A DNA stretch of 64,000 bases, taken from positions 6,669 to 70,668 of the forward strand of contig CADBYI010000014.1 of the NCBI GenBank assembly GCA_902798825.1. Reading direction: 5' to 3'. This document shows positions 24,679-34,351 of this stretch, piece after piece; within the stretch, counting starts at the first letter, position 1, and each line of letters starts with the position of its first letter. The position numbers and the translations under genes were made by a program. The notes under the pieces are model-generated. The model was not told the DNA's origin and did not search any database. It saw only the letters and a list, made by a program, of their open reading frames with translations. Source of the stretch: an uncultured Eubacteriales bacterium (GTDB lineage Bacteria > Bacillota > Clostridia > Christensenellales > CAG-138).

Positions 24679-25209
24679 TTATTTCCATTCTTGGCTAAGG
24701 ATTCGCATCATTATAAAATCGCTGTACTCATCGTTATAATAATATGCCTCTTCCAAAATACCTTCCTGCTTGAAACCGATTTTCTTGTAGAATTCCAGTG
24801 CATCTGTATTCAACCCTACCACGCCGATCGAGACACGATGCATCTCATACTCATGAAATGCCATGTCCAGCATGATGCGGATTGCTTCCGAACCATATCC
24901 TTTATGCTGCATTTCAGGGTCTGGAATAATAATCGTCAGATCGGTTTGGTGCCACACGGGAAACATACGGAGCAAACCGGTCTCGCCAATAATATTACCG
25001 TCAAGATCAGTAATCGTAAACCAAACCGAGTCTTCCGATTTGTGGCTGACGTTAATAGTTCTTTTCTCCTCTTCTTCATCGGTTGTCTTCTCAAATCCGC
25101 ATTGAAACATAACCTGCGGCTGATTAAACCAATAGGCGAAAAACGGAGCGTCTTCTTCTCTTTGCCTGCGCAGTATAATCTTTTCTCCTCTTATTTCTTC
25201 ATGCTTCAT
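24679..25209 (-). CDS. GNAT-family N-acetyltransferase (RimJ/RimL-like)
   Basis: 176 aa with QHKGYGSEAIRIMLDMAF (acetyl-CoA-binding region). Codon usage is strikingly AT-rich relative to the neighbours. Confidence 0.75.
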   Translation of the reverse strand: MKHEEIRGEKIILRRQREEDAPFFAYWFNQPQVMFQCGFEKTTDEEEEKRTINVSHKSEDSVWFTITDLDGNIIGETGLLRMFPVWHQTDLTIIIPDPEMQHKGYGSEAIRIMLDMAFHEYEMHRVSIGVVGLNTDALEFYKKIGFKQEGILEEAYYYNDEYSDFIMMRILSQEWK

Positions 25210-25405
25210 ATGGCCTTGCAGTCCTCTCTTTTATCCCGATAAATACCGATTTGTCACATTGATTCTATCACGGGTTCCGATCAGACGCAACGAAAAAGCA
25301 CAGTCGACCAAACCGAGGGTGCTTTGGAATCCCTCTTGACAGAATGCCTTTGAGCCCCTTCTCTCTCTTTTTACGAACGGGACAGAAAACGGTCGGGATG
25401 CGCTC

Positions 25406-25434
25406 TTGCTAAGACGGCGGATAGGGTGTATAAT
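25406..25434 (+). promoter_or_regulatory. candidate sigma-70 promoter (extended -10)
   Basis: TTGCTA - 17 nt - (TG-T)TATAAT, 30 nt upstream of the ATG at 25465. Confidence 0.5.
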
Positions 25435-25464
25435 ACCATATTAAAATGGGAAAGGAGGGCTCAC

Positions 25465-25944
25465 ATGAAGTGGTATGGAAAGCTCCTGCTGAGCCTGGGT
25501 GCTGCGCTGGTCCTATTCTGCGTGGGACTCATGGTCTACGGCGTCTGGTTCAAGTATGAGCGAAACGATTACGTGGACGAGATTAGTCTGAAGTTCGCCG
25601 TCGCGGCAGAGACCGGGGAACTGGAGGCCACCTGCGACGGGGTCACCACTGAGATCGCTCCCCTCAACTACAACACCATTCTGTTCTATCTCACCCGGGA
25701 GCCGGCCTTCACCCTGCGTAAGCCCGCCAAGGACGCTCCCTGTGTGGATCTGCTCCTGGGGGGCACGGAGCACATCCTGGTCTATTCCACCGACGATCCC
25801 CAGATAACCCTGGTCCGGGCCCAGGTAAACGGCCACGTCCGCTATCACAGGCTCACCTATCGGGACCTGTATCGCCAGCTGGCCATAGCCGTCAGCGAAA
25901 AGGGCTTTCGGGAACCCAACCGGGTGTTGAACACAGCAAACTAA
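25465..25944 (+). CDS. hypothetical N-terminally anchored protein
   Basis: AAAGGAGGG RBS followed by [28 protein letters not shown] (single TM). No recognisable domain. Confidence 0.55.
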   Translation: MKWYGKLLLSLGAALVLFCVGLMVYGVWFKYERNDYVDEISLKFAVAAETGELEATCDGVTTEIAPLNYNTILFYLTREPAFTLRKPAKDAPCVDLLLGGTEHILVYSTDDPQITLVRAQVNGHVRYHRLTYRDLYRQLAIAVSEKGFREPNRVLNTAN

Positions 25945-25957
25945 ACAAGGAAGGTTT

Positions 25958-27691
25958 ATGGATATGGAAGAAGCACCGAAGATCAAAAACTTCATCGAGG
26001 AAGCCATCGAAGAGGACCTGGCCAGGTTCCGCGAGATGTATCCGGACCGGGAGCCCCGAATCAAGACCCGGTTCCCGCCGGAGCCCAACGGGTATCTGCA
26101 CATCGGCCATGCTAAGGCGTTGACCATCGACTTCTCCATGGCGGAGGAGTACGGCGGCACCTGCAACCTCCGTTACGACGACACCAACCCCACCAAGGAG
26201 GGGACGGAGTACGTGGACGCCATCGAGCAGGACATCCGCTGGCTGGGGTTCTCCTGGGACAAGCTGGTTTTCGGTTCCTCCTACTTCGACGAGTGCTACG
26301 AGCTGGCCAAGAAGCTGATCCGAAAGGGCGTGGCCTACGTGGATGACCTCACCAAGGAGCAGATGCGGGCCTACAGGGGTACCCTGACGGAGCCCGGGAA
26401 GAACAGCCCCTACAGGGATCGGTCCGTGGAGGAGAATCTGGATCTGTTCGAGCGCATGAAGAACGGGGAGTTCGAAAACGGCGCCAAGACCCTCCGGGCC
26501 AAGATCGACATGGCCTCCCCCAACATCAACATGCGGGACCCGGCCCTCTATCGGATCATCCATATCCCCCATCATCAGACCGGGGACAAGTGGTGCATCT
26601 ATCCCATGTACGACTTCGCCCATCCCATCCAGGACGCCCTGGAGGGGGTGACCCACAGCCTGTGCTCGTTGGAGTATGAGATCCACCGGCCCCTGTACAA
26701 CTGGGTGGTGGAGCAGTGCGGGTTTGACAACAAGCCCAACCCCCGGCAGATCGAGTTTGCCCGACTCAATCTCACCAACACCGTCATGAGCAAACGCAAG
26801 CTCCGTATGCTGGTGGAGGAGGGGATCGTGTCCGGCTGGGACGACCCCCGGATGCCCACCCTCTGCGCCATGCGCCGCCGGGGCTATCCTGCCGAGGCCA
26901 TCCGGGACTTTTTGTCCCGCATCGGCGTGGCCAAGGCCGACTCCGTGGTGGAGACGGCCCTCCTGGAGGCCTGCGTTCGGGACAACTTGAACGCCTCCGC
27001 CTACCGGATGATGGCGGTGACGGAGCCCGTGAAGCTGGTCATCGACAACTGGCCCGAGGGCAAGATTGAGGAGATCGAGCTCGAAAATCTGCCCGGCAGC
27101 GAGGAGGCTGGCACCCGCAAGGTGACCTTCTCCCGGGAGCTGTACATCGAGCGGAGCGACTTCTCCGCCGATCCGCCCAAGAAGTTCTTTCGCCTCAAAC
27201 CCGAAGGCGAGGTGCGCCTCAAGGGGGCCTATATCGTCCTCTGCACGGGCTATGAGACCGACGAAGCGGGCAATGTGACCCTGATCCACTGCACCTACGA
27301 CCCCGAGACCAGGAGCGGCGAATGCCAGCGGAAGGTGAAGGGCACCATCCATTGGCTCTCCACGTTGGACGCGGTTCCGGCGGAGCTCAGGCACTATGAG
27401 CCCCTGCTTTCCGAAACCGCCGCCGACGATGCGGAGGCGGAAGCCGAAGCCGAGGCCGAGGGCGAATATGTGGGCGGCGCCAAGGACCGGGACTTTTTGA
27501 AGACCATCAACCCCGACAGCCTGAAGGTCCTCCGGGGCTTCGTGGAGCCCGCCGCGGCCAAGGCCCCCGCCGGGACCCGGTATCAGTTCCTGCGCATGGG
27601 CTACTACTGCGCGGATTTGGACACCACGGCCGAAAAGCCCGTGTTCAACCGGGTGGTGGGCCTGAAGGATTCCTTTAAACCGACGAAGTAA
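25958..27691 (+). CDS. glnS: glutamine--tRNA ligase
   Basis: HIGH ([12 protein letters not shown]) and VMSKRKL (KMSKS) motifs. The ATG at 25964 has better RBS spacing than 25958. Confidence 0.9.
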   Translation: MDMEEAPKIKNFIEEAIEEDLARFREMYPDREPRIKTRFPPEPNGYLHIGHAKALTIDFSMAEEYGGTCNLRYDDTNPTKEGTEYVDAIEQDIRWLGFSWDKLVFGSSYFDECYELAKKLIRKGVAYVDDLTKEQMRAYRGTLTEPGKNSPYRDRSVEENLDLFERMKNGEFENGAKTLRAKIDMASPNINMRDPALYRIIHIPHHQTGDKWCIYPMYDFAHPIQDALEGVTHSLCSLEYEIHRPLYNWVVEQCGFDNKPNPRQIEFARLNLTNTVMSKRKLRMLVEEGIVSGWDDPRMPTLCAMRRRGYPAEAIRDFLSRIGVAKADSVVETALLEACVRDNLNASAYRMMAVTEPVKLVIDNWPEGKIEEIELENLPGSEEAGTRKVTFSRELYIERSDFSADPPKKFFRLKPEGEVRLKGAYIVLCTGYETDEAGNVTLIHCTYDPETRSGECQRKVKGTIHWLSTLDAVPAELRHYEPLLSETAADDAEAEAEAEAEGEYVGGAKDRDFLKTINPDSLKVLRGFVEPAAAKAPAGTRYQFLRMGYYCADLDTTAEKPVFNRVVGLKDSFKPTK

Positions 27692-27712
27692 TCGAGTAGG
27701 AGAGTAGAGTAT

Positions 27713-29158
27713 ATGAACACTGTTCGCACCAGATTTGCCCCCAGCCCCACGGGGTATCTGCACCTGGGCGGCCTGCGCACGGCCCTGTACGCCTATCTGG
27801 CGGCCAAGAAGGACAACGGCGTGTTCGTCCTGCGGATCGAGGACACGGATCAGGCCCGCTATGTGGAGGGGGCCGTGGACGTGATCTACCGCACCCTGAA
27901 GGACATCGGCCTAAACTGGGACGAGGGCCCCGACGTGGGCGGAGACTATGGCCCCTACGTGCAGAGCGACCGCAAGAGCATGTATCTTCCTTACGCCGAG
28001 GAGCTGGTGAAGAAGGGCAAGGCCTATTACTGCTTCTGCACCAAGGAGGAGCTGGAGGAGCGGAAGAACCAGGCGGAAGCGGAGGGCAAGGTCTGGAAGT
28101 ATGACAAGCGCTGCGCCTCCATTCCCTACGAGGAGGCCAAAAAGCGGGTGGAGGCGGGGGAGCCCTACGTGATCCGCCAGAACGTGCCGGAGAGCGGGGA
28201 AGCCAGCTTCGACGACGTGCTCTACGGCCACATCAAGGTGGATTGTTCGGACCTGGAGGACATGATCCTCATCAAGGCCGACGGCATGCCCACCTACAAC
28301 TTCGCCAACGTGATCGACGACCACACCATGGGCATCACCCACGTCATGCGGGGCAACGAGTATCTGGCCAGCACACCCAAGTACAACCTGCTCTACGAGG
28401 CCTTCGGCTGGGAGAAGCCGGTGTACATCCACCTTTCCCAGATCATGAAGGACGCCCACCGGAAGCTCTCCAAGCGCTACGGCGACGCCTATTATGAGGA
28501 CTTCATCGCCAAGGGGTATCTGAAGGAGGCTATCCTGAACTATGTGGCTTTGCTGGGCTGGAACCCCGGGGACGAGCGGGAGTTCTTCACGTTGCCTGAG
28601 CTGGTGGAAACTTTCAGCATCGAGGGGCTTTCTAAGTCCCCGGCCATCTTCGACAACGACAAGCTGAACTGGATGAACGGCGAGTACATCCGGCGCCTGA
28701 GCCCCGAGGACTTTACCAAAAATGCCCGGCGCTTCTATGAGACCGCCGGCATCGGCCATATGGACGAGGGCATCCTCTGCCGCATCCTGCAGCAGCGGCT
28801 CCAATACTTCGGAGAGATCCCCGCCATGGTGGACTTCCTCACGGCGCTCCCCGATTACGACACGGAGCTGTTCACCAACAAGAAGAGCAAGACTAACCCG
28901 GAGGTGGCCCGGCAGGTCCTGGACATGGTCATCCCCCTGCTGGAATCCCTGCCTGACTGGCAGGAGACCACGGTCCATGACGCCCTCATGAACCTGGCCG
29001 CCGAAAAAGGTTTGAAGAACGGCACCCTGCTCTGGCCCGTGCGGATCGCCCTGGCCGGCAAGCAGGTGACCCCCGGCGGCGCCATCGAGATCGCCCTGCT
29101 GCTGGGCCGGGAGGAGAGCCTGAAGCGCCTCAAGGCCGGAAGGGAGAAACTCCAATGA
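27713..29158 (+). CDS. gltX: glutamate--tRNA ligase
   Basis: RFAPSPTGYLHLGGLRTALY and KLSKR motifs. Confidence 0.9.
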   Translation: MNTVRTRFAPSPTGYLHLGGLRTALYAYLAAKKDNGVFVLRIEDTDQARYVEGAVDVIYRTLKDIGLNWDEGPDVGGDYGPYVQSDRKSMYLPYAEELVKKGKAYYCFCTKEELEERKNQAEAEGKVWKYDKRCASIPYEEAKKRVEAGEPYVIRQNVPESGEASFDDVLYGHIKVDCSDLEDMILIKADGMPTYNFANVIDDHTMGITHVMRGNEYLASTPKYNLLYEAFGWEKPVYIHLSQIMKDAHRKLSKRYGDAYYEDFIAKGYLKEAILNYVALLGWNPGDEREFFTLPELVETFSIEGLSKSPAIFDNDKLNWMNGEYIRRLSPEDFTKNARRFYETAGIGHMDEGILCRILQQRLQYFGEIPAMVDFLTALPDYDTELFTNKKSKTNPEVARQVLDMVIPLLESLPDWQETTVHDALMNLAAEKGLKNGTLLWPVRIALAGKQVTPGGAIEIALLLGREESLKRLKAGREKLQ

Positions 29159-30243
29159 AGCTGGGCGTCATCGGTTTGCCCAACGTGGGCAAGAGCACCC
29201 TGTTCAACGCCATCACCCAGGCCGGGGCCCAGGCCGCCAACTATCCCTTCTGCACCATTGAGCCCAACGTGGGCGTGGTGGCGGTGCCGGACAAGCGCCT
29301 GGACGTGCTGGCGGAGATGTATCATCCCGAAAAGTACACCCCCACCACCATCGAGTTCGTGGACATCGCGGGCCTCGTGCGCGGGGCCAGCCGGGGCGAG
29401 GGATTGGGCAACAAGTTTCTCTCCCACATCCGGGAGGTGGACGCGGTGGTCCACGTGGTCCGCTGCTTCGAGGACGGGAACGTGGTCCATGTGGACGGCA
29501 GCATCGACCCGGTCCGGGACGCGGAGACGGTGAATCTGGAGCTGATCTTCGCGGACATGGACACCCTGCAGAAGCGGATCGACAAGAACGCCCGTTTGGC
29601 GAAAGCCGACAAGAAGCTGGCGGCGGAAGGGGAGCTGCTGCAGCGGCTTTATGATCATCTGGAATCCGGCAAGCCCGCCCGGACCTTCGAGGCGGACAAG
29701 GAGGAGAAAGAGGTCATCCGCTCCTGCTTCCTGCTCACGGACAAGCCTGTGATCTATGTGGCGAACATCGCCGAAGACGACATCAGCTCTGACGACAACG
29801 CCTATGTGAAGGCTCTCTATGAGGTGGCCAAGGCCGAAGGCGCCGGCTGTCTCACCGTCTGCGCCCGCATCGAGGAGGAGATCGCGGAGCTGGAGCCCGC
29901 AGAGAAGGCGGAGTACCTCCAGGAGCTGGGCATCCAGGAATCGGGCCTGGACAAGCTCATCGCCACCTGCTACGATCTGCTGGGCCTTATGAGCTTTCTC
30001 ACCGCCGGACCCAAGGAGGTCCGGGCCTGGACCATCAACAAGGGCACCAAGGCCCCCCAGGCCGCCGGAAAGATCCACACGGACTTCGAGCGGGGCTTCA
30101 TCCGGGCCGAGGTGGTGTCCTTCGACGATCTGGTGGCAAACGGCACCATGCAGGCCTGCAAGGACAAGGGCCTCATCCGCTCCGAGGGCAAGGACTACGT
30201 CATGCGGGACGGGGACGTGGTGGTCTTCCGGTTCAACGTGTAG
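29155..30243 (+). CDS. ychF: redox-regulated ATPase YchF
   Basis: [25 protein letters not shown] overlap with the gltX stop. Confidence 0.9.
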   Translation: MKLGVIGLPNVGKSTLFNAITQAGAQAANYPFCTIEPNVGVVAVPDKRLDVLAEMYHPEKYTPTTIEFVDIAGLVRGASRGEGLGNKFLSHIREVDAVVHVVRCFEDGNVVHVDGSIDPVRDAETVNLELIFADMDTLQKRIDKNARLAKADKKLAAEGELLQRLYDHLESGKPARTFEADKEEKEVIRSCFLLTDKPVIYVANIAEDDISSDDNAYVKALYEVAKAEGAGCLTVCARIEEEIAELEPAEKAEYLQELGIQESGLDKLIATCYDLLGLMSFLTAGPKEVRAWTINKGTKAPQAAGKIHTDFERGFIRAEVVSFDDLVANGTMQACKDKGLIRSEGKDYVMRDGDVVVFRFNV

Positions 30244-30305
30244 GGTGAGACTGCCGATATGGTCGCCGGATCGTATGCGGCGATAGAGGGGCAAAACTCG
30301 GGCGA

Positions 30306-30327
30306 GGCGAAAGCTTCGCCCTTTTTT
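30306..30327 (+). terminator. intrinsic terminator after ychF
   Basis: ggcga-aagc-ttcgcc hairpin followed by T6. Confidence 0.6.
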
Positions 30328-30668
30328 GTCTGGGGAATGTATATTTATGTCGAAAAATGTAAGATTATGCGGTCATAGAATATGCACACTTTATATGTAG
30401 CTTGTTTACAATTCCATAAAACCATGTTCAAATCCAACTGCTACAATGCGTATAACGGTCAATCTGCGGGAGTATAAACATTCGATTTCCATCCCCATAT
30501 GTTGACCATCCGAAGCGAAAAAGCCGCAAGATGCGGGTTCAACTCCGCCTCTGCGGCGGAAAAATCGCCCAGGATCTGGAAAAATTTTACGCCCCAAACA
30601 CAGCGTTTTTTCTGACGAAGGGAGCCGATTCGCGGTGCATGGTCGGAAAAAAGCAAGGAGGCTTATTC

Positions 30669-32476
30669 ATGGCAACGAAGAAAAAAAGAAAACATAAGAA
30701 GCGCAGGCGTCTGATCATCCACCCCCGGTTCTTCCTGGTGGTGGCTTTGCTGGTGCTGGCGCTGGGCGTTCTGGTCCTGCTCCTCGTGTCCATCTTCTCC
30801 AGCGACAATCCGACGCCGGGCACCGAGCCCATCCAGAGCACCGAGGGACAGAAGAAGGGCGGCATCTTCCAGATATTCGCCAAGGAGACGCCGACCCCTG
30901 TTCCCACCCCCACGCCCACGCCGACCCCCACGCCGACCCCGAGCCCCACGCCCAAGCCCACGCCCCACTATGTGGGCAACAGCAACCCGGAGCGGTACGG
31001 CTATGTGCCCCATCTGCAGGTGGAGGGCAAGGAGGTGGACGCAGGCAGCTACAGGCGGCAGGAGAAGATCGAATTCGGTGACGGCAGCATCTACCCCCAG
31101 GTCAACGGCGTGCTGACCTTCCGAGGCAACAACTATCGGAACCTGTCCGCGGCCAATGCGCTGAACCTGACCGAGTACAAGATGTCTGTGGTGGAGAAGG
31201 TATCCATCGGCTCTCTGAAGAAGGGCAACCGCAGCGGCAAGGGCAGTTGGTCCGGCTGCGGCTGGACGGGCCAGCCCCTCATCGTCCAGTGGGACGAGGA
31301 GGTGAAGGCCGTCATGAACCTGTACGAATGGGCCAAGCAGAAGGCCCCGGGAAAAAGACCCGGGACGATCTGAACTTCCAGATGCCCTTCAAGGGCACCG
31401 GCTCCCTGGATCCCCGGGGGCTGCCCCTCCTGTACGTGGGCTCCGGCGACGAATACGAGGAGGAGGACCAGAAGTCCCGGGCCATGATCGTCTCCCTCAT
31501 CGACGGCCGCAAGCTCTATGAGTTCGGCGTTCAGGGGAAGGACAGCTTCGCCGTCCGGGATTGGAACGCCTACGACAGCGCGCCTTTGGTGGACGAGGCC
31601 ACCGACACCCTGATCTGGCCGGCGGAGACAGGCATCCTCTACACCATGAAGCTGAACACGGTCTTCGACGCCCGGGGCGGCACCATCAGCGTGAACCCCT
31701 CCCATGTGGTGAAGCTCCGCTACGACAGCAACAACTCCTACGACAAGATCGACAAGGCGGACTCCTCCCACAAGTGGCTGGGCTACGAGGGCAGCGCCGC
31801 CGCCTGGAACGGCTTCTTGTATCTGGCGTCCAACGACGGCCTGTTCCAATGCGTGGATCTGAACACCATGCAGATCAAGTGGATCGCCGACACCAAGGAC
31901 GACACCAACACCTCCCCGGTGCTGGACGTGATCAGCGAGACCGAGGCGTATCTGTACCTGGGCACCTCCCTCCACTTCACCAAGGATTCCGGCAACAAGG
32001 GCGTGACCCCCTTCTTCAAGGTGGACGCCATGACCGGCGAGATCGTGGGCCAGTATCAGCTGACGGTGGAGACGGTGTCCGGCGTGTCCGGCGGCATCCA
32101 GGCCACGGCGGCGGTGGGCCAGCAGAATTTGAGCGACCTGGTTTTCGTCCCCTTCGCCCGCTATAACGGCAAGGACAAGGGCGTGCTGGTGGCCCTGTAC
32201 AAGGACACCATGGAGGTGGCCTGGACCATGCCCATGGAGCACTACGCCTGGTCGTCCCCCGCCATCTTCTACAACAACAAGGGCGACGGGTATCTGGTCC
32301 AAGCAGACAGCGGCGGCGATATCTTCCTCATCGACGGCCGCACGGGCACCGTCCTCGACAAGATCAGCCCCACCAAGAACGGCAGCAACTTCGAGGCGTC
32401 GCCGGCCATCTTCGGCAATATGCTGGTGGTGGGCAGCCGGGGGGACCAGACCATCTTCTTCATCCGCCTGTCATAG
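30669..32476 (+). pseudogene. membrane-anchored PQQ-like beta-propeller protein, split by a frameshift near 31340-31360
   Basis: AAGGAGG RBS followed by MATKKKRKHKKRRR, a TM segment and a (TP)n linker. Frame 0 stops at 31373. The propeller repeats continue without a good start in ORF 31247..32476, whose frame is -1 relative to it. Confidence 0.6.
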
Positions 32477-32495
32477 GGAACGCAGACACAAAAAC

Positions 32496-32530
32496 AAAGG
32501 CCAAGGCCCATCATGGGCCCTGGCCTTTTT
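32496..32530. terminator. bidirectional intrinsic terminator
   Basis: aaaggccaaggccc / gggccctggccttt stem flanked by an A-run and a T-run, between convergent genes. Confidence 0.7.
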
Positions 32531-32566
32531 CGCTTCAGGGGATCATCCGGGGACGGCCCGGCTGCG

Positions 32567-33337
32567 TCAGAGGTCGTAGAGGAGGACGGGAAGGAAGAAG
32601 GGGATCTGCTTTTCCCAGCTCTCCTCGGAGTGGTTCCCGCCGGGGATGATCCGGCTGGTCAAATGGACACCCCGGGTGATGAGCCGGGCCGTCATGTCGC
32701 CGAAGAGCTGTTTGGTCTTGATGCGCCGCATCTCCCGGGAGCCGTAGTCCATGTACAGCAGGGTCCGGCCGATCCGGGCGCCGTCGATGAGGGCTTCCAG
32801 GTCCTGGCGGCAGAATCCCAGCGAGGGGGACAGGGCCGCGCCCCGGGAGAAGACGTGGTTGTAGGCCATGAGGGCATAGACGGTCATGAGCCCGCCCATG
32901 GAGGAGCCCCCGATGAAGGTGTACTCTCGCTCCGGCAGGGTGGGGAAGTGCTCATCGATATAGGGCTTGAACTCATTCACCAGATACTCCATGGTGATCT
33001 GGCCCCGGCCTTTGATGCTGCCCCACTGGGAGTTGTCGAAGTCGTAGGGGGAGTATTCGCTGAGCCGCCCCCCGCAGGGTTCGCCCTCGTCGTGGTGGTT
33101 GCATTCCATGGCGGCCACGATCAGCGGGACGTTGTTGGCCGTCATGTATTCGAGCAGCCCCCAGCTTTTGCCGAAGGAGGCGTCCGCGTCCCGAAACAGA
33201 TTCTGTCCGTCGAACATATAGAGCACCGGGTAGCGGCGTCCGTCATCCACCATGGCGGCGTCCGGCACGTAGATATAGGCGTTGCGGGGCTCGTCCCCGG
33301 TCAGCTCCGGGATGGTGATCTCCCACTGTTGATACAT
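32567..33337 (-). CDS. alpha/beta-hydrolase esterase family protein
   Basis: 256 aa with GGSSMGG nucleophile elbow and PVLYMFDGQN. Confidence 0.7.
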   Translation of the reverse strand: MYQQWEITIPELTGDEPRNAYIYVPDAAMVDDGRRYPVLYMFDGQNLFRDADASFGKSWGLLEYMTANNVPLIVAAMECNHHDEGEPCGGRLSEYSPYDFDNSQWGSIKGRGQITMEYLVNEFKPYIDEHFPTLPEREYTFIGGSSMGGLMTVYALMAYNHVFSRGAALSPSLGFCRQDLEALIDGARIGRTLLYMDYGSREMRRIKTKQLFGDMTARLITRGVHLTSRIIPGGNHSEESWEKQIPFFLPVLLYDL

Positions 33338-33525
33338 AGGCTGTCCTTTCCTGACGCGGCTGCAAATGATTCTTCATTATAGCACAGGAAACCGGATATT
33401 CAACACCCAATCCGAAGGGGACTGGTCGGCTGCCGTTTGGGGCTTGTCTTTTTTGGCGAAGGAGTATAGTATATAGGAACGGCATACAATGAATCAGGGG
33501 CGTCAAGGCCCTTTGGGGAGGAAAT

Positions 33526-34194
33526 ATGAAGAAAAAGTGTATCACGTCGGCCGTGTGCTTCGGCCTGTTCCTGCTGCTGATCCTGCTGATCAAGACGGTG
33601 GACGTGGCGGCCGTTGGCCCCGAGGGGACCGAGATCGGGCTATCCAAGCTGAATGTGGCCGTCCACAACCTGTTCGGGGAAAACCTGGGCTGGTACAAGG
33701 TCACCAACGTCCTGGGGTATCTGGCCATCCTCATCGGCCTTTGCTTCGCGGCGATGGGGGGATTGCAGCTCATCTACCGGCGGAGCATCCTGAAGGTGGA
33801 CAAGGAGATATTGCTTCTGGGGGCCCTGTACGTGGTCACGGTGTTCTTCTATATCTTCTTTGAGAAGGTGATCGTCAACTATCGGCCCATCCTCCTGCCC
33901 GACGGGGAGGGGGTGGAGGCGTCCTTCCCCAGCTCCCACACCATGCTCTCCTGCGTCATATTGGGCAGCGGCCTGCAGCTTTTGAAGAAGTATGGGAAGA
34001 AGAACAAGACCCTGCAGCTTGTTCTGACCGTGGTCTTCGCCGTGATGCTGGCCCTGATCGTGGCCGGTCGGCTCATCTCCGGGGTCCACTGGTTCACGGA
34101 CATCCTGGGCGGCATCCTGCTCAGCGTCGCCCTGCTCAACGCCTATGAGGGATTGTTGAAGCTTTGGAAGCGGAGCGAGAAGCGGAAGGCATAA
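33526..34194 (+). CDS. PAP2-family phosphatase
   Basis: Motifs SFPSSHT and GRLISGVHWFTDILGG. Multi-TM. Confidence 0.8.
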   Translation: MKKKCITSAVCFGLFLLLILLIKTVDVAAVGPEGTEIGLSKLNVAVHNLFGENLGWYKVTNVLGYLAILIGLCFAAMGGLQLIYRRSILKVDKEILLLGALYVVTVFFYIFFEKVIVNYRPILLPDGEGVEASFPSSHTMLSCVILGSGLQLLKKYGKKNKTLQLVLTVVFAVMLALIVAGRLISGVHWFTDILGGILLSVALLNAYEGLLKLWKRSEKRKA

Positions 34195-34256
34195 AAAGCT
34201 TTGCCGTTTGCCGCTTTCAGAGGAAAAACAGCGCAAAAAAAGGATAAAAAGGATAA

Positions 34257-34302
34257 GATGAGAGATGCAGCAAAGCATCTCTCATTATCTATAGCTTTTT
34301 TT
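34257..34302 (+). terminator. possible terminator after the PAP2 gene
   Basis: 12-bp perfect stem gatgagagatgc / gcatctctcat(c). The T7 run lies 10 nt downstream, so the geometry is imperfect. Confidence 0.35.
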
Positions 34303-34351
34303 CGGCAAGTCTGATATACTTACCTTAAGTATACGGACAAGGAGGGGCCAT

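Noticed and set aside
25892-27763. 623-aa minus-strand ORF antisense to glnS, and 27911..29155 antisense to gltX
   Set aside because: The HIGH and KMSKS motifs identify the plus-strand genes, and the antisense translations are compositionally aberrant.
30533-30549. gcgGGTTCAACTCCgcc, a tRNA or tmRNA T-arm-like motif that might mark a tRNA gene or att site
   Set aside because: Only 3 of 5 T-stem pairs form. No acceptor, D or anticodon arms can be built from the flanks, and no CCA or integrase gene is nearby. It is kept only as a remark inside the AT-rich spacer finding.
30890-30965. (ACN-CCN)n microsatellite-like tract
   Set aside because: It lies in frame within the beta-propeller gene and encodes a Thr-Pro linker (TPTPVPTPTPTPTPTPTPSPTPKPTP), a common extracellular spacer. 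It is not an independent repeat element.
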